Of a stretch of DNA of 64,000 bases, positions 1 through 13,229 are shown piece after piece. The notes under the pieces are model-generated. The model made no database searches. It was not told where the DNA came from and saw only the letters and a program-made list of their open reading frames with translations. Source of the stretch: the human T2T-CHM13v2.0 reference genome, Homo sapiens. The stretch is from NCBI RefSeq assembly GCF_009914755.1, contig NC_060926.1; one strand, given 5' to 3'. A program made the position numbers and the translations under genes. The number at the start of each line of letters is the position of its first letter. Position 1 is the stretch's first letter.

Positions 1-1122
1 AATTCTTGGTGTTGATATTTTAGCATCATTCTTGCATTCTGCTTTTCATTTATGAAGCAATCTCAATGAACAAAGGAAGAAGATTCCTCTGGGAAATAAA
101 TTTTTGTCAAGAAAATGCAATATAACTTTATATTACCTAGCTGAGCATGTGTAGTACTTAAGCAAGACTCCATTTGGTTTCTCACTTTTAATGTATAATT
201 AAGTTTGAATTAACGTTTAATTCTCTTCTCTATCACATATTTGTTAGGAGCAAAATAGGTCCCACAGCTTTCCTTCTTCCACAAATCAACACTTTATAAA
301 CCAACGATTTTCCTTTCCTTATGAATTCTATGAAACTCTGTACCCCTTTAGTGATACATTTCTTCAATTTTTCCAGAACAAGCATACATTGGAAGACTTT
401 CTAAGACCTTTTGCTCAAGGGCAAACCTTATTCTCAGATTGGATCAAGTTGAGAAGCCCATGAAGTATTGTCACCAAGCATACAGGAGGAAAAAACAGGT
501 AAAACAAAAGGAGGATCATGTTCTTCCTGCCTCCAGTGGTTTGCCCCTGGGATATGCTGTATAAGCTTGTTCATTTGCTCAGAAAATCAGCCCATAGAGC
601 TATCAATAGGAGCAGGTCACATGCGGGGATGGAAACATCTGCTCATGCGTCTCTGGCCACGTGCCTTTCCTGTGATTGAAATTTCTCATTTCAGGAGTTG
701 GCAAATAACAGCTGCACAAAACATAGCACACATTAAGGCTAAGCTGGAATGCCTCAGACCAAAAACAAAGGCAAATGTATGGGTTTTATATTATTAAAAT
801 CTCCTAATATGGATTTATTTATTTCCTTCTAACTAAACTCAAATTTTTGGAGAAACATGTAAATACTGGTGAAGATATCAGAGGAAAATCATATTGAAAT
901 GATTTAAGTAGAACATAAGCAAATGAGCAACATAAAATTTTTGGACAAGCCACCATTCTAGAGATAAAAGTGTTTCTTACAGAGGTAATGAAAGCCCTAA
1001 GGTTCTTACACATGGGTGTATCCAGAGGCTACCCTGACATCTTGAGAGGTGAGAAATTTGGTCAATTCCAGAGATAGATCAGTTAATTTATTAATCTGAA
1101 TACATCTACCTATATGTACATA

Positions 1123-1509
1123 CAGTTCACCCTTGAACAACATAGATTTGAACTGGGCAGGCCCACTTATATGTGGATTTTCTTCTATGCCATCCTGAGA
1201 CAACAAGAACAACGCCTCCTCTTTTCCCTCTTCCTCAATCTACATGAAGAGGACGAGGATGACCCACTTCCACTTAATGAATAATAAATTTATTTTCTCT
1301 CTTATGTATGGTTTTCTGGATAGATTTTCTTTTCTCTATTTTATTGTAAGAATAAAGTATGTAATAGGTATAACATACAAAATATGTGTTAATGAACCAT
1401 TTATATTATTGGTAAGGCTTCTGATTGGCAGTAAGCTATTAGTAGTTAACATTTTTGATTATGCAGGGGGTCAGTTCCCCTAACCCGCACATTGTTCAAG
1501 GGTCAAATC
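1123..1509 (+). mobile_element. Tigger2a (MER28)-type non-autonomous DNA transposon
   Basis: Degenerate TIRs CAGTTCACCCTTGAACAA ... TTGTTCAAGGGTCAAATC with a TA on each side (1121-1122, 1510-1511). The sequence resembles both ends of the Tigger2 at 17012-19818. Confidence 0.85.
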
Positions 1510-1559
1510 TATAGGATAACTTTATATATATGTTTATTTTCCACGTAAATCGAGTATGA

Positions 1560-1780
1560 TTTTCCTCTGATATCATTAAGCCCAAGAGGAAGTGCATAGA
1601 GTTGTTGATTTTGACTTACTATGAGCTTACAGACATCAGTCCTCTGAGCTTTAGGCTCCTTACCTGTGAAATGGTGGTAACAGTATCTCCCTCTCCCACA
1701 TCACAGAGTTATTATACAGATCAGTTGGGATTATAGGTGTTAAATCACAAATGCAATATACTGCACTATAAGATGTCAGT
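1560..1780 (+). mobile_element. MIR SINE fragment
   Basis: Core-like 'cctctgagctttaggctccttacctgtgaaatgg...cctctcccacatcacagagttatt'. Confidence 0.55.
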
Positions 1781-1899
1781 TAGCAGTTAGAGTGGAGAAT
1801 AAGCAGTGTCTGTCTTAGAAAGGGATCACAGAATCTATGCCATTTAACATCTGAGTAGACGTATAGAGCTATGGAATGGAAGGCTAGTTTGAAGTTTGC

Positions 1900-2150
1900 T
1901 AGACCAAATGTTAGGTAGATGCCATTTTCCCGAGATTGGGAATTGAAGAGGAATATAAATTTTGAACCAAGTTAATACTTGCTTATTGGCTATGCTGAGA
2001 TAAAGCTAATGCAGAGCAGTGGAAATGCCAAGCAGGAAAAAATGGACATCAGAGTCATATGGTATGTCAGAGGCAAAACTACAGGAACCATGAATTTAAA
2101 CATGATGGGAGATAAATGGCATTTATAAAATGAATAAGGTAGAAAATGTA
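1900..2150 (-). mobile_element. L2 LINE fragment
   Basis: 'gatgccattttcccgagattggg...gtggaaatgccaagcagg' resembles the L2 antisense strand; heavily decayed. Confidence 0.45.
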
Positions 2151-3060
2151 GAACATTGGGTCCCCATGTTGGCTGCACATCTGAATAACCTACAAAGCTA
2201 TTTACATTTCAGAAACCTCAGTATTTGTTTTCTATCCAATATTTTCTTTCATGCCGTAGGCATTTTCCCCATTTACTTAGGTTGACCAATCCGTGATAAT
2301 TACTTCAAGAAAATGATTTGAGACAAAAATCAGAAACAGGAAGCTTGCTGTTGCTGGCCATTAAAGCTCTGTTTCCTGAGAGGAAGAGAAAGTCACTAAG
2401 ACCCCAAATGAATAAGAGCCACCTCTCCCCACTACACCAAAGTTCTCTGGACTTGAGAAGCAAATGCAGACAGGAACAGCCTGAACTGGAAATGCCTATG
2501 TAGAGAGGGCCTAGGAGAGCTTTCTAGCACCCGTTTGTAGTGTGGAGGTAGGATTGCAATTCCACACAATCAGGAATGTGCTTGGGTTTCTAAGAGAGCC
2601 TCCAGAAAGAAGGTGCTAGCAGACTGACACAGAGATGATGCAACAGAAATTTCAAAGACTGATGACCAAGCCCCAGTGGGCTAGTGCCGGGTTCACTGGG
2701 TATCAGCACGGTTTTAGAAAAACTCTTCCAATATGGATGAAATCTGGTTTAAAAAGGAAAACCCAAACTGCCTGGGCTTGTCACCCTACCACAATGGGAA
2801 AGGGGATCAGTTTTGAAACCATATTCAGTTATTGAGAAATCAGGATCGTGATATTGCTTTTATTTCTACTTTTATTGTGTGAGATTCTGACATTTGATTC
2901 AACCAAGCAGAATCTATAGAGATGGGGACCAGTCATCACCCTTAATTTAAAATAAACAAATGGTACTGCATATTCTAATGCTGAGGCACAGAGTTACCAA
3001 GAAAGAACCTTAAAAATTACTTGCTTTTAAAAGTTTGAGAGAAGAGCACAATCTAAAATA

Positions 3061-4002
3061 TAAGCCTACCTTGTTTTATTGTTTTTGCTTTATTGTACTG
3101 CACAGATATGGCTTTTTAAAAATATATATTCAAGGTCTTTGGCAGTCCTGTATGTCAAGTCTGTTAGTGGCATTTTTCCAAGACAATGTGCTCACTTCAT
3201 GTCTCTGAGTCACATTTTGGTAATGCCTGCAATATTTCAAACCTTTTTCATTATTATTATATTGGATATAATCATCTGTAATCAGTGATCTTTGATATTA
3301 TTATTTTAATTTTTGGGGGGTGCCACAGACTGTGCCCATAAAATATGGCAAACTTAATCAATAAATGTGTGTTTTCTCACTGCTCCATTGACCTGTCATT
3401 CTTCCATCTCTCTCCCTCTCTTCGAGCTTTTCTATTCCCTGAGACACAACACTATTGAAGTTAGGCCACTTAATAATACTACAATGAGTTTTAAGTGTTC
3501 AAGTGAAAGGAAGATTTGTATAGCTCTTTAAATCAAATGGTAAAAATGATTAAACTTAGTGAGGAAGGCATGTGAAAAGCTGAGATAGGTTGAAAGCTAA
3601 GCCTCTTGTGCCAAATGGCCAAGTTACGAATGCAAAAATGTTCTCAAAAAAAGTGATCCCCAGTGAACACACACATGATAAGAAAGTAGTACATCCTTAC
3701 TGTATTGCTGATATGGAGGAAGTTTTAGATAGATCAAACCAGCCACAACATTCCCTTAAGCCAAAGCCTAATCCAGAGCAAGGTCTTAACACTTCAATTC
3801 TGTGAAGGCTGAGATTGGTGAGGGAGCTGCAGAATTAAACTTGAAGCTAGTAAAGGTTGAATCATGAGGTTTAAGGAAAGAAAATCCATCTCCATAACAT
3901 AAAAGTGAAAGGTGAAGCAGCAACTATTAATGAAGAAGCTGCTGCAAATTATCCAGATCCAGCTAAGATAATTCATTAAGGTAGATACACTAAACAAAAT
4001 AT
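3061..4002 (+). mobile_element. Tigger1 DNA transposon, 5' part
   Basis: TA followed by degenerate TIR taagcctacc (consensus caggcatacc). Decayed transposase start near 3483 (atgagttttaagtgttcaagtgaaaggaag). HTH-region sequence runs to 'tacactaaacaaaa', where the L1 interrupts. Confidence 0.92.
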
Positions 4003-4196
4003 ACTTTTTAAATTTTTTCCATAAGTTATTGTGGTACAGGTGGTATTTGGTTACATGAGTAAGTTCTTTCGTGGTGATTTGTGAGATTTTGGTGCACCCA
4101 TCACCCGAGCAATATACACTGCACCATATTTGTAGTCTTTTAATCCTCAACTCCCTGTCCTACTCTTCCCCCAAAATCCCCAAAGTCCATTGTATC

Positions 4197-4509
4197 TTTT
4201 TTTTGTTGGTTTTTTTTTTTTTTTTTCGGAGATGGAGTCTCACTCTGTTGCCCAGGCTGGAGTGCAGTGGTGCAATCTCGGCTCACTGCAAGATCCGCCT
4301 CCCGGGTTCACGCTATTCTCCTGCCTCAGCCTCCTGAGTAGCTGGGACTACAGGTGCCCACCACCACATCTGGCTAATCTTTTGTATTTTTAATAAAGAT
4401 GGGGTTTCACCGTGTTAGCCAGGATGGTCTCAATCTCCTGACCTCGTGATCCGCCCACCTCGGCCTCCCAAAGTGCTGGGATTACAGGCATGAACCACCA
4501 TGCCCCACC
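4197..4509 (-). mobile_element. AluY inserted in the L1 3' UTR
   Basis: Y-type positions (ccgggttcacg, ttcaccgtgttagccaggatggtctc), poly-T tail, and CATTGTATC on both sides. Confidence 0.93.
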
Positions 4510-4714
4510 CATTGTATCATTCTTATGCCTTTGCATCCTTATTGCTTAGCTCCCAAATATCAGTGAGAACTTACAATGTTTGGTTTTTCATTCCTGAATT
4601 ACTTCACCTAGAATAGTAGTCTCTAGTCTCGTCCAGGTCTCTTCAAATGCTGTTAATTCATTCCTTTTTACGGCCGAGTAGTATTCCATCATATATATAT
4701 ATTCCACAGTTTCT

Positions 4715-7700
4715 TTATCCACTCATTGATAGATGGGCATTTGCAATTTTGCAATTGTGAATTGTGCTGCTATAAACATATGTGTGCAAGTATAATGTAT
4801 AATAATTTGTATAATGACTTCCTCTGGGTAGACAGATACTCAGTAGTGGGATTGCTGGATCAAATGGTAGTTCTACTTTTAGTTCTTTAAGGAATCTCCA
4901 CACTATTTTCCATAGTGACTGTACTAGTTTACATTCCCACCAGCAGTGCAGAAGTGTTCCCTGTTCACCGCATCCACGCCAACATCTACTGTTTTTTGCT
5001 TTTTTGATTATAGCTACTCTTGCAGGAGTAAGGTGGTATTGCATTGTAGTTTTGATTTGCTTTTCCTTGATTATTAGTGATGTTGAGCATTTTTTCATAT
5101 GTTCGTTGGCCATTTGCATATCTTCTTTTCAGGATTGTCTATTCATGTCCTTAGCCCACTTTTTGATAGGATTGTTTATTTTTTTCTTACTGATTTGTTT
5201 GAGTTTGGTGTAGATTCTGGATGTTAGTCTTTTATCAGATATATAGATTGTGAAGATTTTCTCCCATTCTGTGGGCTGTTTTCTCAACTGACTGTTCCTT
5301 TTGCCATTCAAAGCTCTTTAGTTAAGTCTCAGCTGTTTATATTTTCTTTTATCGCATTTTCTTTTGGGTTTTTAATCATGAAATCCTTGACTAAGCCAAT
5401 GTCTAGAAGGGTTTTTCCAATGTTATCTTCTAGAATTTGTATAGTTTCAGGACTTAGCTTTAAGTCCTTAATCCATCTTGAGATGATTTTTGTATAAGGC
5501 AGGGATGAGGATCCAGTTTCAATCTCCTACATGTGGCTAGCCATTTATCACAGCACCATTGGTTGAAAAGGGTGTCTTTTTCCCACTTTATGTTTTTTTT
5601 TTGCTTTGTTGAAGATCAGTTGGCTGTAAGTATTCGGGTTTATTTCTGGATTCTCCATTCTGTTCCATTGGTCTATGTGCTTATATTTATACCAGTACCA
5701 CACTATCTTTGTTACTATGGCCTTATAGTGTAGTTTGAAATCAGGTAGTGTGATGCCTACAGATTTGGTCTTTTTGCTTAGTCTTGCTTTGGCTGTGCAG
5801 GCTCTTTTTTGGTTCTCTATGAATCTTAGAACAGTTTTTTTCTAATTCTGTGAAGAATGATGGTGGTATCTTGATGGAGATTGCATTGAATTTGTAGATT
5901 GCTTTGGCATTATGGTCATTTTCACAATATTGATTCTACCCATCCATGAGCATGGGATGTGTTTCCATTTGTTTGTGTCGTCTATAATTTGTTTCAGCAG
6001 GGTTTTGTAGTTTTTCTTGTCTCTCAACTCCTTGGTTAGGTATATTCCTACTTATTTTATTTTTTTCGCAGCTATTGTAAAAGGGATTGAGTTCTTGATT
6101 TCATTCTCTGCTTGGTCGCTGTTGGTGTATAGAAGAGCTACTGATTTGCATACATTAATCTTGTTTTCTGGAAACTCTGCTGAATTCTTTTATCAGTTCT
6201 AAGAGCTTCCTGGAGGAGTCTTTAGGGTTTTCAATGTAAACAATAATATCATCAGCAAACAGTGATAGTTTGACTTCCTCTTTACTGATTAAGATGACCG
6301 TTATTTCTTTCTCTTGTCTGAGTGCTCTGGATAGGACTTCCAGTACTATGCTGAAGAGGAGTGGTGAGAGTGGGCATCCTTGTCTTGTTCCCATTCTCAA
6401 AGGGAATGATTTCAACTTTTCTCCATTCAGTATTATGTTGGCTGTGGGTTTGTCATAGATGGCTTTTATTACATTGAGATATGTCCCTTGTATGCTAATC
6501 TTGCTGAGGGTTTTAATTATAAAAGGATGCTGGATTTTGTTTAATACCTTTTCTGCATCTATTGTGGTGATCATGTGATTTTTGTTTTTAATTCCGTTAA
6601 TGTGGGGTATCACATTTATTGACTTGTGTATGTTAAACCATCCCTGCATCCCTGCTATGAAGCCCACTTAATCATGGTGAATTATCTTTTTGATATGTTG
6701 TTGGATTTGGTTAGCTAGTATTTTGTTAAGGATTTTAGCATCTATGTTCATCAAGGATATCGATCTGTAGCTTTCTTTTTTGGTTATGTCCTTTCCTGGT
6801 TTTGGTATTAGGCTGATGCTGGCTTCATAGAACGAATTAGGGAGGGTTCCTTCTTTCTCTGTCTTGTGAAATGGTGTCAGAAGGATTGGTACCAATTCTT
6901 TGAGTATCTTGTAGAATTCTGCTGTGAATCCATCTGGTCCTGGGCTTTTTTTTTTTTTTTTTTTGGTCGGTAATTTTTTAATTACTATTTCAATCTTGCT
7001 GCTTGTTATTCGTCTGTTCAGGGTATCTAATTCTTCCTGATTTAAGCTAGGAGGGTTGTATTTTTCCAGGAATTTATCCATCTTTTCTAGGTTTTCTAGT
7101 TTATGTGCGTAAAGGTGTTCACAGTAGCCTTGAATGTTCTTTCGTATTTCAGTGGTGTCAGAGGTAATTTCTCCTGTTTCATTTCTTATTGAGGTTATTT
7201 GGATTTTCTCTCTTCTTTTCTTGGCTAATCTTGCTATTGGTCTATCAATTTTATTTATCTTTTCAAAGAATCAGCTTTGTGTCATTTGTCTTTTGTATGT
7301 GTTTTTTTTGGTTTGTTTGTTTTGTTTTGTTTCAAGTTCATTTACTTCTGCTCTGATCTTGGTTATTTTCTTTCTTCTGCTGGGTTTGGGTTTGGATTTT
7401 CTTGTTTCTCTAGTTCCTTGAGGTGCGACCTTAGAATATCAGTTTGTCCTCTTTCAGTCTTATTGAGGTAGGTGTTTAGGGCTATGAACTTTCCTCTTAG
7501 CACTGCCTTTGCTGTATCTCAAAGGTTTTAGTAGGTTGTGTCACTATTGTCTTTCAGTTCAAAGAATTTTTAAATTTCCATCTTTGTTTCATGTTTTACC
7601 CAATGCTCATTCAGGAGCAGGTTATTTAATGTCCATGTATTTGCATGGTTTTGAAGGTTCCTTTTGAGTTTATTTCCAGTTTTTTTCCCTATATGGTCTG

Positions 7701-8270
7701 AGAGAGTGATTGACATAATTTCAATTATCTTAAATTTATTGAGGTTTGTTTTATAGCCTATCATAGGGTCTATCTTGGAGAAAGTTCCATGAACTTTTGA
7801 AGTGTTTATCTTGTGGTTGTTGGATGAAATGTTCTGTATATATCTGTTAAATCCATTTGTTGCAAGGTATAGTTTAAATCCATTGTTTCTTTGTTGACTT
7901 TCTGTCTTGATGACCTGTCTAGTGCTGTCAGTGGAGTATTGAAGTCCCCAACTATTATTGTGTTGCTGCATATCTCATTTCTTAGGTTTAGTAGTAATTG
8001 TTTTATAAATTTGGGAGCTCCAGTGTTAGGTGCATATATATTTAGGATTGTGATATTTTCCTGTTGGACAAAGCCTTTTACCATTATATAATGTCCCTCT
8101 TTGTCTCATTTAACTACTGCTGCTTTAAAGTTTGTTTTGTCTGATACAAGAATAGCTACCTCTGCTTGCTTTTGGTGTCCAGTTGCGTAAAATATCTTCT
8201 TCTACCCCTTTACTTGGAGTCCTTATGTGTTAGGTGAGTCTCCTGAAGGCAGCAGATAGTCGGTTGATGA
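4715..8270 (-). pseudogene. Decayed L1 ORF2 (endonuclease, reverse transcriptase, C-terminal domain)
   Basis: ORF-track fragments: NIYAPNTGAPKFIK and IVGDFNTPL (EN, 7806-8084); [12 protein letters not shown] (6668-7081); [13 protein letters not shown] and LSLFADD (RT, 6155-6667); [10 protein letters not shown] (4715-5119). Multiple stops and frameshifts. Confidence 0.93.
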
Positions 8271-8339
8271 GTTCTTATCCATTCTGTGGTTCTGTATCTT
8301 CTAAGTGCAGCATTGAGGCAATTTACATTCAATGTTAGT

Positions 8340-9350
8340 ATCAAAATGTGAGGTATCCTTGCATTCATTGTGCTATTTGTTGCCTGTGTACTTTGGATTT
8401 TTGTTTGTTTGGCCTTTTATCTTTATTTTTCTTTTATAAGTCCTGTGTAATTTATGGTTTAAAGAGGTTCTGTTTTGATGTGTTTCCAGGATTTGTTTCA
8501 AGATTTAGAGCTCTTTTTAGCAGTTCTTGTAGTGGTGGTTTGGTAGTGGCAAATTCTCTTAGCATTTGTTTTCCTGAAAAAGACTGTATTTTTCATTCAT
8601 ATATGAGGCTTAGTTTCACCGAATACAAAATTCTTGGCTGAAAATTGTTTTGTTTGAGGAGGGTGAAGACAGAGCCTCAATCCCTTCTAGCTTGTAGGGT
8701 GTCTGCTGAGAAATCTGCTGTTAATCTGATATGTTTTCCTTTATAGGTTACCTGGTGCTTCTGTCTCACAGCTTTTAAAATTTGTTCCTTCGTCTTAACT
8801 TTGGATAACCTGATGACAATGTGCCTAGGTGATGACCTTTTTGTGATGAATTTCCCAGGTGTTCTTTGTGCTTCTTGTATTTGCATGTCTAGGTCTCTAG
8901 CAAGGCCAGGAAAGTTTTCCTTGATTAGTTCCCTAAATATGTTTTCCAAGCTTTTAGAATTCTCTTCTTCCTCAGGAATACCAATTATTCTTAGTTTCGG
9001 TCGTTTAACATAATCCTAGACTTCTTGGAGACTTTGTTCATATTTTCTTATTCTTTTTTCTTTGTCTTTGTTGGGTTGGTTTAACTCAAATACCTTGTCT
9101 TTGAGATCTGAATTTATTTGTTTTACTTGTTCAATTCCATTGCTAAGACTTTTGTAAACATTTTGCATTTCTAGGTGTTTCCAATGTTTCCTGAATTTTT
9201 TGTTGTTTTTCCTTTAAACTATCTATTTCCTTGAATATTTCTCTATTCACTTCTTGTATTATTATTACTTTTTTATTTCCTTGCATTGGCTTCACCTTTC
9301 TCTGGTATCCCTCTGATTAGCTTAATAACTAATCTCCTGAATTCTTTTTC
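8340..9350 (-). pseudogene. Decayed L1 ORF1
   Basis: ORF 8677-8949 gives ENFPGLARD..IQEAQRTP..SSPRHIVIR..IRLTADFS, typical of L1 ORF1p. Outer limits are approximate. Confidence 0.85.
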
Positions 9351-10910
9351 ATATAAATCACTGATTTATTCTTGGTGTGGATCCAGTGCTGGTGAACTAG
9401 TGTGATTTTTGGGGGGTGTCAAAGATATGGTAATATGTTTTGTCATATTACCAGGGTTAGTTTTCTGGTTCTTTCTCATTAGTGTAGGTTCCGTCAGAGG
9501 GAAAGTCTAGGGCTGAGGGCTGTTGTTCAAATTGTTTTGTCCCACAGGGTATTCCCTGGATTTAGTACTCTCCCCCTTTTCCTATGGATGTGGCTTCCCA
9601 TGAGCCGAACTGCAATGATTGTTGTCTCTCTTCTGGGTCCAGCCACTGAGAAAGTCTGCCAGGCTCTGGGCTGGTACTGGAGGTTGTCTGCACAGAGTCC
9701 TGTGATGTGAACTGTCTATGGGTCTCTCAACAGTGGATGCCAGTGCCTGTTCTGGTGGAGGTGGCTGGGCCGGTGTATGCAATGGACTCTATGAGGGTCC
9801 CTAGCTTTGGTGGTTTAATGCTCTATTTTTGTGTTGGTTGGCTTTCTGCCAGGAGGTGGCTGCTTTCCAGACAGCATCAGCTCTGGTAGTATGGAGAACA
9901 ACTGGCAGTGGGTGGGGTCCGAGAACTCCCAAGATTATATGTTCTTTGTCTTTGGCTACAAGGGTGGGTAGGAAAGAACCATCAAGTTGGGGTGGCGCTA
10001 GGAGTGTCTGAGCTCAGACTCTCCTTGGGCAGGTCTTGCTGCGGCTGCTGTGGGGGATGGGGGTGAGATTCCCAGGTCACTGGAGTTGTGTAGCTAGGAG
10101 GATTATGACTGCCTCTGCTGAGTCATGTAGGTTGTTAGGGAAGTGGGGGAAAGCCGGCAATCACAGGCCTCACTCAGCTCCCCTGCAAACCATAGGGCCC
10201 ATCTCACTCCCACTGTGCCCGCCCCCAACAGCCCTGAGTCTTTTTCCAGGTGTGGATGAGCTGGGCTTGAAAACTTGCCCCAGGCTACCTACCTCTCAGC
10301 TGTGAAAGAAAAAGGGTTGGTTCTTTCCCTGCCTGTGGAGTCTGCACCCTGGATTTATGGCCTCCCCTAAGTTCTGGCCTGGAGGCTTCTCCCCACCACC
10401 GTTGGCACTGTTACACAGTTGGGCTAGAGATTCCCTTCTCCCTGTGGAGTTTTACCCCCCACTCCTCTGGTTGCCCTCCGGATGGATCCATCTGGTTCCA
10501 GGCAAGAATAGCCTGCTTAGGGACCTGGCGAGCTCCCAGGACCTTTCTGCTGCTTTCTCTACCCCTGTATTTTGCTCGGCTCTCTAAATTGACTCAGCTC
10601 CAAGTAAGGTCAGAGCTTCTCCTGCAAGCAGAACTTCAGTTTCCCCAGTGGGGGTGTGTGTTCAGGAGAGGAGGCTCTCCCTTTCCCGCTACCACAGTTG
10701 TGGCACTCACAGTATTTGGGGGTGTCTTCCGGGTCCTGCAGGAGCAGTTCACTTCCTTTAGAGGTTCTAGGGGTCCTCTCGGGATTGCTGGTTTGTTCTT
10801 TCAGTCTACCTGGAGCCAAAATTCACAATGCGAGCCTCTGCACACTGTGCTGTCTGGAGCTGCAATCTAGTCCTGCCTCCTGTCTGCCATGATAATCCTC
10901 TGCTTGTCTC

Positions 10911-12374
10911 AAACAAAAGATTTTTTTATGCAGACAAAGCAGCATTATAATGAAGAAGATGACATCTAAGAATTTTATAATGAGAGAGAAGTCAATGTGT
11001 GGCTTCAAAGCTTCAAAGAGCAGGCTGACTCTCTTGTTAAGGAATAATGCAGCTGGTGATTTTAAGTTGAAGCCAGTTTTCATTTTCTCTTCTGAAAATC
11101 CTAGGACCCTTAAAAATTATGCTAAATCTTCTCCGCCTACGTTTCATAAATGGAACAACAAAGCCTGCATGACAGCACATCTGATTATATAGTAAGATTT
11201 ACTGACTGAATATTTTAAAACAACTGTTGCGACCTGCTGCTGAGAAAAAAAATCATTTCAAAATATTACTGCTCATTGACAATGCACCTGGCCACCCAAG
11301 AGCTCTGGCGGAGATTTACAAGGAGGTGAAGATTGTTTTCCTGCCTGCTAACACAACATCCAATCTGTAGCTTGTCAATCAAGGGACAATTTCAACTTTC
11401 GGGCTTTATTACTTAAGAAATACCATTTGTAAGGCTGTAGCTTTCATAGACGGTGCCTCTAATGGATCTGGAAAAAGGAAACTGAAAAACTCCTGGAAAA
11501 AATTCACCATTTTAGATGACCTCAAGAACAGTTATGATTCATGGGAGGAGATCAAAATATCAAATTAACAAGAGTTTGGAATAAGTTAATTCCACCCCTC
11601 TTGGATCACTCTGGGGCCTTCAAGATTTCAGTGGAGAAAGTAATTGCTGATGTGGTGAAAACAGCCAAAGAATTAGAATTAAAAGTGGAGCTTGAAGATG
11701 TGACTGAATTGCTACAATCTCATGATAAAACTTGAATGAATAAAAATTTGCTTCTTATGTGCATGCAACAAAAGTGGTTTCTTGAGATGGGATCTATTCC
11801 TGGTGATGATGCTGTGAACATTGTTGAAATGGCAACAAAGGATTTAGAATATTAAGTAAACTTAGTTGATAAAGTAGTGTCAGAGCTTGAGAGGACTGAC
11901 TCCAATTTTGAAAACAGTTCTAATGTGGGTAAAATGCTATCAAACACCATCACATGCTACAGAGAAATATTTTGTAAAAAAAAAAAAAAAGAGTCAGTTG
12001 ATTGATATGGCAAGCTTTATTGTTGTCTTACTTAAGAAATTGCCACAGGCAGCCCAACCTTAAGCAACCGCTAACCTGATCAGTCAGCAGCTGTTAACAT
12101 CGACACAAGACCTTCAACCAGCAAAAGAATTACGACTGCCTGAAGGCTCAGATGATTCTTAGCATTTTTTACAATAAAATATTTTTTAAATTCAGATATA
12201 TACATTTGTTTTTTAGGCATAATGCCATTGCACATTTAATAGACTACAGTGTATTGTAAACCTAACTTTTATAAGCATTGAGAAACCAAACAAATATATG
12301 AATTGCTTTATTGCCATATTCACTTTATTGCAGTGGTCTGGAACTGAGCTTGCAATATCTCTGAGGTATACCTG
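10911..12374 (+). mobile_element. Tigger1 DNA transposon, 3' part
   Basis: Resumes at the interruption point. ORF 10950-11192 gives RLTLLL..NAAGDFKLKP..SENPR.LKNYAKS (pogo-type DDD domain). Ends in TIR gaggtatacctg followed by TA. Confidence 0.93.
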
Positions 12375-12734
12375 TATATTGACTAACAGTCAGAAAGGAA
12401 GGAAGACCAAGGCATCTCACTGTCTGAGAAGACAGTAGAGAACAAGATTTCCCAAAAAAGTAGAGTACTGGAGGACCAGATGCTATGCAGTGAAGAATGA
12501 TGCATGTGTGGGAAGGTGGTGGGAGCAGAGCTCAATTCTTCAGAGCATTTTAGCAGGATTTTGTTTTTTTAAAAAAAGGATACATGACTTCAGAATATTT
12601 AAGAAAGTCATGTTTTTCTTTCTTTTTTATGTTGCTTTAAAATTTTTATTTTTAGACTGGTAGGGGCCTTTAGCATATATTGAGTCTTATGGGAAAGATC
12701 TAGTAGATAATTTTTTTAAAGTTTTGAAAATTAG

Positions 12735-13085
12735 GGCATAGCTAACACATACATAAATAGCTAACACTTATTTATATAATGTATACTCTGTGCCTGGGAT
12801 TGTTGAAAATAATTTACACACACACACACACACACATATACATCATATATATGTATATATATGTAGTTTACTTAATTTGCATTTTTAAAACCTATGAAAT
12901 AAATACTATCATCCAGAAAAATTTTAAGTGAGGACATGTGCACACACACCTGCACACACACACCACACACACAGTACACACTGCAAACACAGGAGAAGTG
13001 ATTTATTCCCAAGTCACATACCTATGATGTGGCGGAGGTGGGGCTGGAGCTCACACTGTCTGTCTCTGTGGTTGATACTTACAGC
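12735..13085 (-). mobile_element. MIR remnant with embedded (CA)n/(TA)n microsatellites
   Basis: 'gctaacacttattt...cctatgaaataaatactatc...cccaagtcacata'. CA run at 12816-12835. Confidence 0.55.
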
Positions 13086-13229
13086 TATTATGCCCATGGC
13101 TGACACAATGGGTGCTCAGGTGCCTGAGAGAAGCACAGTAAACTCACATGGCCACCATGGGATATTTTTAATTTTAAATTTGAGAAGCTCCATGTGATGA
13201 ATTTCTTTTGCAAAATAGTACACATATTT

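Larger units (their letters stand above)
4003..10910 (-). mobile_element. Full-length L1PB-type LINE-1 (L1PB1-like 3' end, L1PBa-like 5' UTR), inactivated
   Basis: 3' UTR 'ataagttattgtggtacaggtggtatttggttacatgag' on the reverse strand, ORF2 and ORF1 remnants, a GC-richer 5' UTR at ~9500-10910, and an imperfect TSD AAACAAAA[T/G]AT at 3992-4002 and 10911-10921. Confidence 0.93.

Noticed and set aside
468-797. 109-aa ORF
   Set aside because: TTG start, no recognisable domain and no convincing splice sites; likely a chance ORF.
9500-10910. GC-richer block as a CpG island or host promoter
   Set aside because: It is the CpG-depleted 5' UTR of the L1PB element.
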